64,000 bases of DNA from Camelus dromedarius (GCF_036321535.1 NC_087472.1:95172001-95236000), one strand, 5' to 3'; counted from the stretch's first letter, positions 51,500 through 64,000 are shown. Notes: generated by a model not told the origin, from the sequence alone. Translations and numbers: made by a program.

Positions 51500-52245
51500 T
51501 CTCCTCATCATGGGTCTTACTTTCCTAACTCTTTGCATGCCTGATAAAATTTTGATTGTATATAGATACTGTGATTTTTGCAGTGCTGGATATTCCTGTA
51601 TTCCTAAAATATCCTTCAGCTTTGTTCTGGGATGCTAGAACAAAGTTCTGGAACAGTTTGATTCTGTCAGAACTTCCCTTTAAGACTTGTTTGGCAGGAG
51701 CAGAGCGGCGCTCAGTCTAGGGCTTATTGTTACCCCCTGCTAGGACAAGGCTTTCCGGTGTAGTCTGCCTAATTCCCCATGAATCGTAAGGTTTTCCAGT
51801 CTGACTGGTGGGAAAAGAAATTATCCCCAGCCATGTGTGTATCTCAGGCACTTCTACTTCTGATTCTTTTAGGTTTTCTTTCCTCTGCCTGGGGCAGTTC
51901 ACTCACATGCATGTGCCCATCAGTATTCAGCTGCACACTTGAGCAGGCCCTCTGCGGATCTTTGGAGTTTTCTCTCTGTGAAGCACTCTCCTCCCCGGTG
52001 CTCTGTCCTACAAACTCTAGTCTCCCAGGACTCTCAAGTTTCTCCTCAAATTACCAACCGCCACAATGGCACCGTGGCCTGGACACCCTCCGAGGACAGT
52101 AAGCTGGGTCAGTCACATGGCTCTCATCATTTGTTTCTTATTTCTTAGAATTCTCTGTCTTTTGTTTCCTGATGTCCAGAGTTTCACTTATTTTTTACCT
52201 TTTTATTGTTTCAGGCATGGGGATAAATCAGGTCCCTGTTATTCT
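51500..52245 (-). mobile_element. Old L1/HAL1-type 5' region
   Basis: CTTTGCATGCCTG..AATTTTGATTG...TGCTGGATATT...CAGTCTAGGGCT pattern, resembling the antisense 5' end of old L1M elements. Confidence 0.55.
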
Positions 52246-52343
52246 TTTTTTTTAATTTAATTTACTTAATGGAGGTACTGGGGATGGAACCAAGGACCTC
52301 TTGCAAACTACGCACACGCTCTACCACTGAGCTACTCCCCACA
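52244..52343 (-). mobile_element. tRNA-derived SINE (Vic-1-like), diverged
   Basis: GGAGGTACTGGGGATGGAACCAAGGACCTC...GCTCTACCACTGAGCTACTCCCC, the same family as 31542-31664. Confidence 0.85.
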
Positions 52344-54464
52344 CCCGTCACTCCTTCTTAGCTAAAATTAGAAGTCCTCTGTATTAGAGTTTAAAAAAGA
52401 AGAAAAAGAAGAATATCTATCCTTCTATCTCTCTGTCTGTACCTATCTACACACACATCTGTGTGTGTGGTGTGTATTTTAAATCTGAATCCCACGGCGG
52501 GTGGGGGAGTTGTTTTCATCTCATCAGCCTGTTAGACTTTAGACCTGTTAGAGGTTTTCCAGTGCACCCACTAAAGCTGCTTAAATCAGCTGCTGATGAT
52601 TCTGCCGTGGCTGCTACGATCACCTCCTGCTCAGGGACCAGCTTTTGTGTCCTTTTCTGTGAACCTGAGAGTTCTTTTATGCTGTTCCCAAAAGTAGAAC
52701 CTGAAGCTAGCTTATAGTTTGGAACAAGCATCTCGGGGATGTACTGAGGGAGAATCACATGGTACCACTAAGCATCACACAAAACGCCAGGATTCTTACC
52801 CCCCGAAAGACCCCAGGCAACTTTCCTTCAAACGTGGGGAAGCTTTCTCCCACTCTCTGTGCTCAAGACTTTCCTAGCCTCCTAGAATTCCAGCATCAGG
52901 ATCAAAGGATTGGTCTATAGACAGCATTTTCATATTCAACATCTTGCCCCTCCCACCTTCTTCACCTGGATTCCTCCCTATGCTTAAAGTACAGAATTAA
53001 TTTATCGATTTGAAATACCCTTAGTTCTTTTAATTTTCCACCTGTGAGATATTTTCTTGATGAATAATGTAAAAGGAGATTTTCCCACAAGAAAGGGAGA
53101 TTTTAACTCTGTTAAAGAAAAGGCTATTTATGGTCCCAATATACTAAAACTAACAGGATGCATTTAACGTTTGCCATGTGAAACAGATAATTAACCTTTA
53201 ATAATATAATTAGAAATGTTATCTGCTTCTTTTTGTTCCTTCCTTCTCAGTTCTGATTCCTTTTTATCTTTGAGCGCTTTAACCTCCTTTTGCATTTGCA
53301 AAAGCTTTACTGCACTTGATCATCCTGTCCCCTTTAGCCCTTCAGCTTATTTTCCCAGCTCTGGAGTGTCTCTGAATGTGCTTGGTATCTTTATAGAAAA
53401 GTACTGGTAACAATTGAAGAGTTTATTTTATTTAGCTTGCCTTTTCCCTAATCCATTAATAATTGCCTAGTAGGCCCATAAAACTGATAAGCAAGAGACT
53501 GAATAGCACACATTCTTACTTGTTTTTGGCATGGAGGAATAAATCTACTTGTAAGATTTAATCCTCCAATCCATTAAAAAACTTGTCCAAGTGTCACTGA
53601 CTTCCAACTGAGAAGTCAATGCTTTCAGTTTAGGAAGAAACGCACCATCTTTCATGAGAAAATCTTTTTCACTTTTGGGTTTTTAAGAGTATTATCAATA
53701 AATATCAATCTAAAGCACACTTAATGTCACATTCTGCACATCAACCAGGAAGAGTTATTCATCCCAGGTTCATGTTATATAAGCTTTTAGACAATGTGTG
53801 TGTCTATATATGTGTGTACTTTGGATATTACTTACAGGGGAAATAAAATGACTATAAGAAGATCCTTTCTTTTATGTGGATAGATGGATCAATGGGTAGA
53901 TGACACTGGAAGAGACCACAAATTTCCTTAGTACAAAAGGCAGTACAAAGAAAAGTTTGTATAGGTTTACATCAAGCCAGATAGGCAGCAAATTTAGTTT
54001 TTACCACAGTCTTTCCTATTGACTGAAGTGGTAAATTCTCACACTTGTGAAGCCACAATAAGGGAGATCAGTGGCCAAGGACCAGGCCTGACAGTGAATC
54101 TATTAACAATGATAGATTAAAAAAAAGCATGGATTCTGGAAACAAAGAAAGAATTCTTTGAGACCAGGCTAGGTGTCAAAATCAGTTTGAAATGAGGGAA
54201 CTGAGGAATCAAAAAAGAACCTAAAATCACATGTTGGATTTCTGTAGTAGAGGAATGATAAGGAGACTTGAGGGAAATGTGGAGAATTCACTTCCCCAGA
54301 GAATCACAGTGAGACCCTAGGAAAGAGAACTAATCCTTTCCTGAAGGTAGTATTTAAATCAGGGATACCCACTTACCTGAACTAATCTGAAAGCAATTCA
54401 ACCCAGAGCCAAGAAAGATTAACTAGAAAACATTTACCATATTTCTATGTGCTTATCTTGCCTT

Positions 54465-54730
54465 TCTCTATTGAGGTATACTGACCTACAATATTATGTT
54501 GGTCTCAGGTGTACAGCATAATGATTCTGTATTTGTATGTACTGGGAAATGATCACCCCGCTAAGTCTACTTAACATCCGCCACCACACAGTTACATTTT
54601 TTTTCTTGTGATGAGACCTTTTAAGATCTACTCTCTCAGCAACGTCCAATGTGCAACAGTATTATTAACTGTAGTCACCATGCTGTACATCACATCTCCT
54701 CAACTTATTTAGCTTACAACTGGAAGTTTG
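54465..54730 (-). mobile_element. LINE-1 3' end (L1MA9-like)
   Basis: ATTGAGGTATACTGACCTACAATATTATGTTGGTCTCAGGTGTACAGC...TTTAAGATCTACTCTCTCAGCAAC...TACAACTGGAAGTTTG. Confidence 0.85.
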
Positions 54731-56254
54731 TTAAAATATTGTAAATCTTACAGGCCTAAGTCACAAGTCAGAGGTGGACAATGCATTTTATTTTATTTTA
54801 ATTTTTTTCACCAAGTACTTCCTACTGGTTTTAAGAGAGCAAACTTGTTTAGAAGAGACTGTAAGAGGGAGGTGGCCCATGAAGGAAGGAACTTCCTTGC
54901 CTTAATAAATGCAGCTCTAGATAAGCAGTTGTATGTCATATGGGTTTAGGTTTAGGCCATGTAAAATGAGGTAATTCTATAGCCCTTCCCCTCCAGAGAT
55001 GGCACTGCTAACATTGGTAAGACACACAGCACACAAATCTCAAGACACATACACCTACACACCACAGTACATTCTACCAAAACCCCTAGCAATAGTAGTG
55101 CTAGGTTTCTTTCTGAGGTGTTGTTCAAATGGTAAGGAAGGGCATGACCCAGTCCATCTCTACTCTGTGGTACATAATCCCCCTAATGACCACAGCACAC
55201 CACATTGAAAAGGGGATACCTGAATGCAGTCAGAAGCTATGAGAGAGCTGGATTAATTGGTTCACAAGGGCATTAGACATACCCTTGGGATCATGAGAAA
55301 CTCAACATGAAAGCTAGTGAAACAGAGAAAGAGATCGAATTAAAGCCTTTAGATTTGGAGTGGCTAAAGATTTTAATCATGATCAATGAGATGGTCTATT
55401 TCTAAGATGCCTATTTAACCCTAATAGTTTAATCTCTCCAAGATGAGAAGAGGATAATCTCTCAAAAACAGCCCAGAAAAGATGGTGAAACAGAATATAC
55501 TCCCCAGCCATGCGTATGCTTGTGTGACCTTGTGTATGTGTAGCTTAAAAACTGGACATGAGACACAAAGCTTACTTTAAGATTGTGATCTTGATCACAT
55601 AAGTTTTAGGCTCAAGGTTAGTTTCCATGTATATTTAAATTATTCAATGGAAGTTCTTATAAGAAGGATTGTGTAGTCAAAAGGAATTTCTGCTGCTTAT
55701 ATTAAAATGCTTGTTATGCTTCTCTACGGTATTTCCAGGGGCATTTTTTGTTTGTTTCTTGGTAAAATGTCTATAAGAGGGTGACAAACTATCACCATCA
55801 TACAAATATTTGTTTCAAAGCTGTGAAGTATAATGAGAGAGAAGGAAAGTAAAACAAACAGAATAAATAAGATCGCACCTGGAACTCTGAAATGTGTTGC
55901 CACCATAGATGAAATATGTATTCAGTGATTCCATAATTACCATGATTGAAAAGGCAATATACATAGAAAGCTTTAAAAATCTATTGCATTACTCTCCAGA
56001 ATAAGTAACTTAACTAATACAAAATTATTATTATTTCAGTAGAAAATTGCAGGAAAATTTTCTTATCGGTATCATCTTTCTTCTTTGTTGTTATACATAT
56101 ATGCTGTCATAAATTGAAAAATTTGAAAGAGTACATTTCCAACTTAGAAGGAGTACTGTTAAAGCGGCATCAGCTACCTCATTTTTAATGAACTATTGGT
56201 AGAATCAATATCAGAGAAGCCCCAAAATACCAATAATTATAAAAGCAGAATGAA

Positions 56255-57243
56255 AACTTAAAAGCTTTTGCACAGCAAAGGAGATCTTAAACAAAATGAA
56301 AAGACAACCTATGGACTAGGAGAAAAATATTTGGAAATGATGTGACTGACAACGGCTTAATTTCCAAAATATACAAACAGCTCATACAACTCAGTAACAA
56401 AAAAAAGCAAACAACCCAATAAAAAGTTGGGCAAAAGCCCTAAACAGACATTTCTCCAAAGAAGACATACAGATGGCCAACAGGCACATGAAAAGATGCT
56501 CGACATCGCTAATTATCAGACAGATGCAAATCAAAACTACAATGAGGTATCACCTCACACCAGTCAGAAGAGCCAGCATAAAAAGCCTATAAATAATAAT
56601 CCCTGGAGAGGGTGAGGAGAAAAAGAAACCCTCCTACACTGTTGGTGGGAATGTCAACTGGTGCAGCCACTATGGAGGACAGTATCAAGGTTCCTTAAGA
56701 AACTAAAAACAGACTTACCATATGATCCAGCAATTCCCCTCCTGGGCATATATGGAGGGAACTCTAACTTGAAAAGATACATGTACCCCAATGTTCACAG
56801 CAGCACTATTAGTAACAGCCAAGACATGGAAGCAACCTAAATGTCCACTGACAGATGACTGGATCAAGAAGATGTGGTGTATATATACAATGGAATACTA
56901 CTCAGCCATATAAAAGAATGAAATAATGCCATTTGCAGCAACATGGATGGACCTAGAAATGATCATACTAAGTGAAGTAACTCAGAGAAAGACAAATATC
57001 ATATGATATTACTTATATGTGGAAAAATAAGATACACATGAGCGTATCTACAAAACTGAAACAGACTCAGTCATAGAAAACAAACTTATGGTTACCAAAG
57101 GGGAAGGGGGGGGAGAAATAAATTAGAGGAGTTTGAGATTAACAGATACACACTATTATATATAAAATAAACAAGGATTTACTGTATAGCAAAGGGAACT
57201 ATATTCAATATCTTGTAATAACGTATGATGGAAATTTTTTTAA
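56255..57243 (+). mobile_element. 5'-truncated LINE-1 (ORF2 C-terminus and 3'UTR)
   Basis: Well-preserved ORF2 end. Flanked by AAAAGCAGAA at 56241 and 57243. Confidence 0.93.
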
Positions 57244-57654
57244 AAAGCAGAACAATACAGAGTCTACCATTAAGACACACAGAGCTACACACCTTCTACC
57301 AATATTCCTAGCAACAGCAGTGGTAGGTCTCCCAGCAAGATGGTGGCTGGCTCAGGTCATTTTGATTAACATAACTCCATTTCTAGCACACAGTAGTATA
57401 GTTTCACATGCCCAGAATTCTATTCTATGCCTCAGTCTTCAGACTAGATGCTCCCTAAGCTTCCTTTGTTGCCTACATGGATTTCTCCCAACACATGTGA
57501 ACAAATACCTACTTTGATTCACCAAGTAAATATTCCCTGCATCCTGCTCTTAATTCTCTCACTCCACCTGTGCATTCAATAGCTCAGAGGTGGCTTGAAC
57601 AGCAGTTAAGGTCTACCATTGGAAAATTTCTAGAGGGCCAAATGTTGTTTATAA

Positions 57655-57830
57655 CAGTAACAGCTGGTGTTGGTTACTGATTTCTATCTGCCCAACACTT
57701 TGCTAGGTGTTTCACACATTTTATCAACCATATTAAGAAGAAACAAGAGGATAAGAAAGATTGAATACTTTATTCAACATCACACAGATAAAAAAGGTGG
57801 AACTGGAATTTGAACTTCCTTATATGTCCT
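57655..57830 (-). mobile_element. MIR SINE fragment
   Basis: CAACATCACACAGATAAAAAAGGTGGAACTGGAATTTGAAC. Confidence 0.55.
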
Positions 57831-59411
57831 ACTCACGATAACAAGTAATCATTCACTTGCTTATTGTCCAAATGCCACTTCAGACATACTGGTTGGTTGT
57901 AAGCCAATTCCTGATGACCTGAGGTGAAACGGTACCCTGAGGAGGACTCAGAAAATTCTAGAATCAAAGTACCCTAGGCCCTAATTGGTCACTAGAGACT
58001 TCAAGCAAGTGGTCTTCAACTAAGCTTCCATGAGGTGGCACATGTAAGAAGTTAAAAATTCAGGTAAAGACCTGTGCCAACAAGAGGAACACTTAAGGAG
58101 CCTTGACAGACAGCTCGTCTAGCACGTGACCCAGCGGGCATGCAATGAAGGCGCTTAGCTCCCGTCGTAACTGAGCATAGTATGTCTGCGTCCAATCTGA
58201 CGGCGAAATATTCAGACCACTCTAGACATTGAGATCACTGATAGCCCCTCTTCTGTCTGTCTTTAGAATATCTGTTATTGATACAAGTTCAAGACCCACA
58301 TCAGTCACTTGCCTAACTTTAAACTTTGTGAAATATTTATAATATATTGGCTAAGTTTTGGAAAATGCCAAAGGTTTCATTTTTGTATATTACCGGTAAG
58401 ATCCTTTCTTCTTTTACATGGAAAAATATTTTCTTTGCAGAGGCACTAGTAAAACAGAATTTGACATGCTTCAGGAGCCGTCTTGAAGATGTTGGGATGT
58501 GGAAAAAATATCTGAATAACACGTTTCCCACTTCTGAAGCTGCACCTCAATAAAAGAGGCTGTTCTCAGTCATTAATCTTGCCATCATCACAGGTACCAG
58601 TGTGGCAATCAGGTGTGGCAAGTCCAGGCAGATTCAATTATATGCCTATAGAACGTTTTTAGTCATAGCACAAAAATGTCACTTAACACAGATCTATTTT
58701 GAATTCTATATAGTCGAATTATAGGATATTACAAAACTTACTTAACATTGAGCAACTCTGAGAGCTGTGAAAACCTTCTTACTCTGCATCTCTCACAGAA
58801 CAGAAGTGGAACAGAGATGTCAGTGAAAAAAGTCAATTTTATTTTTCTGCAGGTTCACCATCGTATGTTTGTTTAAAATCCACTGGGAAGCCGAGAAGTT
58901 TGTTTCTATTCAAGTCATTTTCCATGTTTTGAAGCCCCTCTTTCCGTACTGCTAAAACTTCATCACTTAATCATCTACAGGCTCCCGAGAAGGCACAGAG
59001 TAAATAATGCTTTACTGAACAACAAGGAGAAAGTTAATGAAAAGGTGGAGGAGGGGAAAGGAAAAGAGCAGGACCCCACAGAGAAAAAGGCGAGTTGCAT
59101 TTCTTACGTTTAGTCCTGATCTATCATGAAAACTAATGATGTAACTGCCATGAGCTGCATGCAAATCAGAGCATTCATCTCCTAGCAAAATGGTTTATGT
59201 TAGAGGAACCCACCAACAGATCTCCTTCAGCGGCAGTAAATCAAACATGGTGGGTAGTTTCCGTTTGACTGATGAGTACACATGTCACTGGCAGGAGGGC
59301 AGTGACATATGGAAGAGCAATAAATATTTTTTCCTGACACTCCAGCAGCCCTTGTTCAATGACACTAAAGGAAGATAGAAGACTTCAGGAGAAAATGCAA
59401 GCCTGTCTCTA

Positions 59412-59504
59412 TTAGCTGTCATGCCACTGCCGAGGCAGCAACTCCAAGGTGATTTGGTGTTCTGTGGCGTAGCTGGCACATTTCGTCTTAAACAGATGAA
59501 CAGC
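59412..59504 (-). CDS. Candidate terminal coding exon (AVHLFKTKCASYATEHQITLELLPRQWHDS*) of a putative DCX-domain gene or pseudogene
   Basis: Acceptor TTGATTCTCTGCTTTCAG|GCT in phase 0, compatible with the upstream exon. 30 codons, then a TAA TAG double stop. Confidence 0.35.
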   Translation of the reverse strand, partial: AVHLFKTKCASYATEHQITLELLPRQWHDS

Positions 59505-59958
59505 CTGAAAGCAGAGAATCAATAGTCCTCTCAGAACCGTGTTTGCGTTTTCCTTCCAATTACGGCATCCTCCCAATCATTTAGATTTCCTTTAATGACA
59601 GTCATATTGGGCATCTTCTGAGCCAGTGCTCAACCCAAATCCTTTTCAAGCTTCTGTTTTTTGTCCTCCTCAACACTACAGTTTCTGCAGAATTTCCCTT
59701 TCCCTCATGGGAAGAAAATCAGGGACAAATGTGTTAGAATGTATTATGTTATAATCCACATCCAGGAGATTTTGGGGTATTTGGTTCCAAAACACTTTCT
59801 ACTAATTTTTCAGTCTTCTCAGTATTTCCTCAAGCCTCCTCAAATGTTAGGATTCTAGCCACTATTAAGCATGAGTATTCATGGCTAGGATGATTCCCTT
59901 GATAGGCAAAATGCCATGGGTGTATTAAAATGTAAACCTGAGTTGTAGACAACCTGAC

Positions 59959-60126
59959 CTGTGTGGCTTCTGATTCCTTTTGAACACCTACTGCCACGTA
60001 CTGGAGGCCACCCTGAATCTCAAGCGGTGAGGACAACAGCTCACAGTTCAAGTGGACCACTGCCGACTCTGGCGCCAGAGTCCCAGTATAGAGGAGGGTA
60101 AAAACCTCGCATGGTCCCGCCAGATT
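59959..60126 (-). CDS. Candidate coding exon resembling a doublecortin (DCX) domain: NLAGPCEVFTLLYTGTLAPESAVVHLNCELLSSPLEIQGGLQYVAVGVQKESEATQ
   Basis: Acceptor CTTTCCAATCCTGCCCCACAG|AAT and donor CAG|GTCAGG (in-frame alternative CAG|GTTTAC at 59938). 168 nt, only one frame open, several retained CpGs. Motif-level similarity to DCDC2 as recalled from memory. Confidence 0.45.
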
Positions 60127-60964
60127 CTGTGGGGCAGGATTGGAAAGACAGACTTCTGGGCCTGCTAGGGAAGGAGGATCCAAGCAGAGAGATGGCCGTT
60201 TGCAGGGCTGCCAGGCAAAGTACCCACAGAGATGTGCGCGGCAGGTTAGCAATCAGACAGGCAAGTTATCCATTTTGAGATCCAGAAAAAGGAAGTTTGT
60301 CAGGTATGGACGCCGCACCACAGTCAAAGTGACACAAGGCTCCGTGGTCACATTTCAAGGTGCTGTGTTTGCTTGCTGGATGCCTCTATTCTAGTCTTCT
60401 AACTGCACTTTAAGGGAAATGAACAAATCTGGCCTGGCCTCATTCAAAATCTGATACTTCAAATGTAGGAAAACAGCAGAGTATTGTCCAATATAAAAAG
60501 AAGTCAAGAAATTGGAATTAAAAATTTCTTCTATAGCAAATTTATCTTTATGACCTTGAGTAAATTGTTCATCATTTCTAAGTATTTCTTTTTCAAGTCT
60601 TGGTTGTGCTAAATTAAACCTATGGATGTTCCAGCTCTCAAATTCTGACTTTCTGTTTTTACTAATTATTAAACAGATACGTTTACAACCATATCTTCCT
60701 ATTGAGCTGCTAAGGTACAATCACAATTCAAAATGAGTGAAGCCTTCCTGCTTACAAATCAAGTTACGCAGTCTCAATTTTACAAGAGATTCCAGGAGTA
60801 AAACTTGACATGAATTGCAAGTCTCTCTTCAGTACACCTAATATGCAAATATCAAAAGAACTAGAAATTAAAAAAAAATAAACCTGCTATATGAAAGTTT
60901 AAAAACTTGACAGAAGAGATAAAAGAGACAACTCTTCACCATATTAAAATTTAAAAAGTTTCAG

Positions 60965-61565
60965 TCCTATATTCATTCATTCATTGAGCCATCATTTATT
61001 GAAGGAATACCATAAGCCATATTCGATACCAAGGGGCTAAGAATGGAGTAGAGAATAAGAAAGACAAGGGCCTCCTCTTCATAAAGCCCACATAAAACTG
61101 CAATCGGTTAGAGAAGATTAATATTGTCATTTATCAGTGTCCTGTGAAGCACAGCCCTTTCCTCATGGAACCTTCAGTCTGGCTGGAAAATGTTCAATCA
61201 CATGACTACTCTGACTCATGCCACGTGTTACAAAGTGCAGGTGGCAGGGAGACCATAACACAGTGGAAATAAACCCACTCTGGAGATCAAAAGATGCTGT
61301 TCCAAAGAAATGATTTCCCCCTTGGAGATGAAAGAGGAAAACGTGTTTCTTAAAAGTGAGCAAAGAGAGTGGGGGTGGACAATAATGTTTTCGCAGGGGG
61401 AGCATTTGCAAGAGCCTGAGGCAGAATGGTTTGTAGCACTTGGGCAGAAATTAAAGTAAGCTGGGCGTGGAGTAAATGAGAGGTGGAGCGGCGGGCATGT
61501 CAGTGCGCTGCGGGAGCGGGCAGAGACCAGGTCGGCAAGGGCCTGGTGGCCAATTTTCAGTTCTT
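60965..61565 (-). mobile_element. LINE-2 3' fragment
   Basis: ATTCATTCATTCATTGAGCCATCATTTATTGAAG...ATAAGAAAGACAAGGGCCTCCTCTTCATAAAGC. Confidence 0.6.
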
Positions 61566-62072
61566 TGATTTTAAAGTAACAAATACATTGTAAATATAAT
61601 TCAACTACTTGAAAGTACTGAGTCAAAATATTTTTCACATGTATCTCTTTTGTATCTCACATATAAAGTGAAGAAAAATAATATGTAAAACTATAGGTAT
61701 CAAAACGATTGAAATATTGATGTCAACTTGACCCAAACTGTATATACAGTATTATCTCACTTGTGTGTGTCTGTGTATGAATGAGAATTCTATTACTGAT
61801 CATTTCAGGACTGTATAAGCCCTTTCTCAAAGCACACAGACCTCTATTGAAAATCAAATACTATTTTGTTGGAAAAACATTCTTTTTTAATGTTATGATT
61901 AGTTACGATACTGTTAGGGAAATGACATGGATTATAAGAATATGAGTTCAGCGTGCTAGGGCAGTTCCAAACATGGCATATACCTAGTTCACATGCTAAA
62001 CATCAAAGAAAAAAAAAATCTAAGTTTCCTAGTCCAGATTCTGACTCACATATTTTCTTTTTCCTCACGCAG

Positions 62073-62098
62073 AGGCTTAATCAGGCCAGCTGAACACA
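62073..62098 (+). other. Candidate 26-nt micro-exon (alternative end at 62124) of an unidentified plus-strand transcript
   Basis: CTGAC branch-like motif, then TTTTCTTTTTCCTCACGCAG acceptor, then ACA|GTAAGT donor. A second donor TCG|GTGAGT lies at 62125. Confidence 0.35.
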
Positions 62099-63029
62099 GT
62101 AAGTAATTCAATCTTATCTCCTCGGTGAGTCATCTTGAATAATAATAAATTATTCATAGACACAAGGGAAATAAATTATCCTCCTCAGACATTTTACCAT
62201 GAAGATACATACCCTTTCTATAAACAAACTATTTGTAAGATTCACTCTCAAACTGACTTAGATCTTCCAAGCTTTAAGCTTTTAGAAAGGACACTAGCAA
62301 AGCTCGGACGGGCACAGGAAACATCCCAGGGCTCCAGCAGAGTAGCAGGTAACTAGGTCATTCTGTTTTCTAAGTTCTGAAAACAAGCGTTATGACATGA
62401 ATTTACACCCATTCTTTACATTAAGTGCAAGCTAGGAACATGCGATCATAAATTGATGAGGCAAGCAGTGCACCTGGAGTATAAACATTTCTTTCTGAGG
62501 TTTTTAAGCTTCCCATTTCAATCCCATTAAGTCTAGCTATATCTCCACGTCCTTTTTTCAAAGTTTTTTTTTCCCTGATTCATCCTTTTCTCACACATTG
62601 ATAAACGGAGAAAGTAAATAACTATATTAGTTTATTTTTGTGCAATATAATGTCAAACTGTATAAACTATGGGTTCTCTTTCCAAATCTGCCTCTAACAC
62701 TATTTTCATTTTATATATATATATATATATTTTTTTTTTTTTTCAGAATCTGGGGCAGAAAGTTCAGACTTCAAATGAGTAACAGTTATACTGAAACTAA
62801 TACATATTTTAGATCCAGCCTATAAACTTTGGGAATAAGTTTCCTCCCCCTAGGTTTTATTCTCCTTATCTCAGAGACAAGATTAGAGAAGAACAATAAA
62901 AGCTAATTTACATCCCTTCTATAATAGCATGTTAAAACTGAAGTTTAAGCCAAGGCGCCAATACCCCAAAATGTGAAATTCCAAAGTGAGGTGTTAGATA
63001 CCTCATGCAGAAATTATAAAAGAAAGAGA

Positions 63030-63198
63030 AATGGTTTTCAATGCTTGGACGCACATTGGACTCACCAGAGGCGCTCAAGAAAATGCTAATGCCTGAGTTC
63101 TAGCCCCAGGAATTCTTATTATATTCAGCTGGGGTCTGGCCTGGGAAATAGGATTTTTGAAAAAGCTACCTAAGAGATCCTAATGTTGGGAACCACTA
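63030..63198. mobile_element. hAT-Charlie MITE (MER5-like)
   Basis: GCACATTGGACTCACCAGAGG...AATGCCTGAG...GGCCTGGGAAATAGGATTTTT...GGGAACCACT. Confidence 0.7.
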
Positions 63199-63807
63199 TT
63201 TTACCTCAGAGTAATGATTTAGAGAATGTTGAAGGGTCGCACTTTCCAACTAATTAAAGACTGTAAGTGTTCAATGAATATTTGTTGAATTAAATTTATA
63301 ACACGGTGCTTCAATTCATTAAGTCTAGTGAAATATTAATGTGGAAATTAGTTTTAAACTATTGAAAATAGATATTTAAGCAGTCCTCAGCTAGGAATAA
63401 AGTTAGCTGTCTTTATGGAGTCTTTTTCCCATAGGGATTCTAAGACCATCACTAATTCTGCTGTTATTTCCTGAATCATACATAGTGTAAGTTTATTAAT
63501 GTCTAGATTGCTTATAATCTGCTCATGTATATGAAACTTTTAAAGTCTAAAAGTACTATTTTTGAAGTAAATGTTATCTGGAAGTTCCATTTCCAAACTC
63601 AATCCTGCCTATTAAATCTGTAAGTATCGTGATACTTAGAAGTAAGGGATATTTTTCTGATAGGGATGACAAAATAAGTTTCAGGTTGGGATTTGGGGAA
63701 GAATTTGAGATTGTTAGAAATCCTTACTGTTTTAGTGGTTCTAGTAAAATGAATTAAATTAAGTCCATTTCCCTTCAAGCCTCCTACAACTTACCTTCCA
63801 CCCTCAA

Positions 63808-63874
63808 GTGTGTGTGTGCACGTGCGTGCAAGCACCTGCACACGTGTGCATATAAGGACATGTGCACATGTGTG
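63808..63874. repeat. Alternating purine-pyrimidine tract containing two 14-bp palindromes
   Basis: TGCACACGTGTGCA (63837-63850) and ACATGTGCACATGT (63858-63871). Confidence 0.85.
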
Positions 63875-64000
63875 TTTTACTGTCATCTTCCACATTTTGG
63901 CACAACCAGATTGTTTTACTTAAATTCTGTTTGGCTCTTTTGTACTTAATACCAGTCAATTTGATCTGCTTCTTATATTTCAAACAACTTTAAAGCTTTA

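Noticed and set aside
60186..60203. ANGHL peptide resembling the DCX N-terminal NGD motif
   Set aside because: It is in a different frame, upstream of the acceptor and at the wrong spacing, so it is not counted as evidence.
1..64000. CRISPR arrays, operons, rRNA or other prokaryotic-type systems
   Set aside because: The sequence is mammalian and repeat-rich, with no repeat-spacer arrays or gene-dense ORF organisation.

Overview
AT-rich mammalian genomic DNA, most likely camelid: it carries three tRNA-derived SINEs resembling the camelid Vic-1 family, and I saw no Alu, B1 or Bov-type SINEs. About half or more of the window is interspersed repeats: L1 of several ages (many with visible TSDs), L2, MIR, MaLR/ERV solo LTRs and hAT/Tc1-mariner relics. 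Almost all ORFs in the supplied track are chance or repeat-derived, and I recognise no complete gene. The best non-repeat signal is a pair of phase-compatible minus-strand candidate exons (60126-59959 and 59504-59412). Their translation resembles a doublecortin (DCX, DCDC2-type) domain, so this may be an unannotated or decayed DCX-family gene. Other points of interest: an L1 lacking nearly all of ORF1; a composite L1 with a twin-priming inversion plus two micro-inversions; two more twin-primed L1 inserts whose TSD ends match the L1 sequence; two repeat-poor islands with regulatory motif clusters; and a plus-strand micro-exon with strong splice sites. Repeat family names and protein similarities come from my recall of consensus sequences, not from a search. 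Boundaries without a TSD are approximate.
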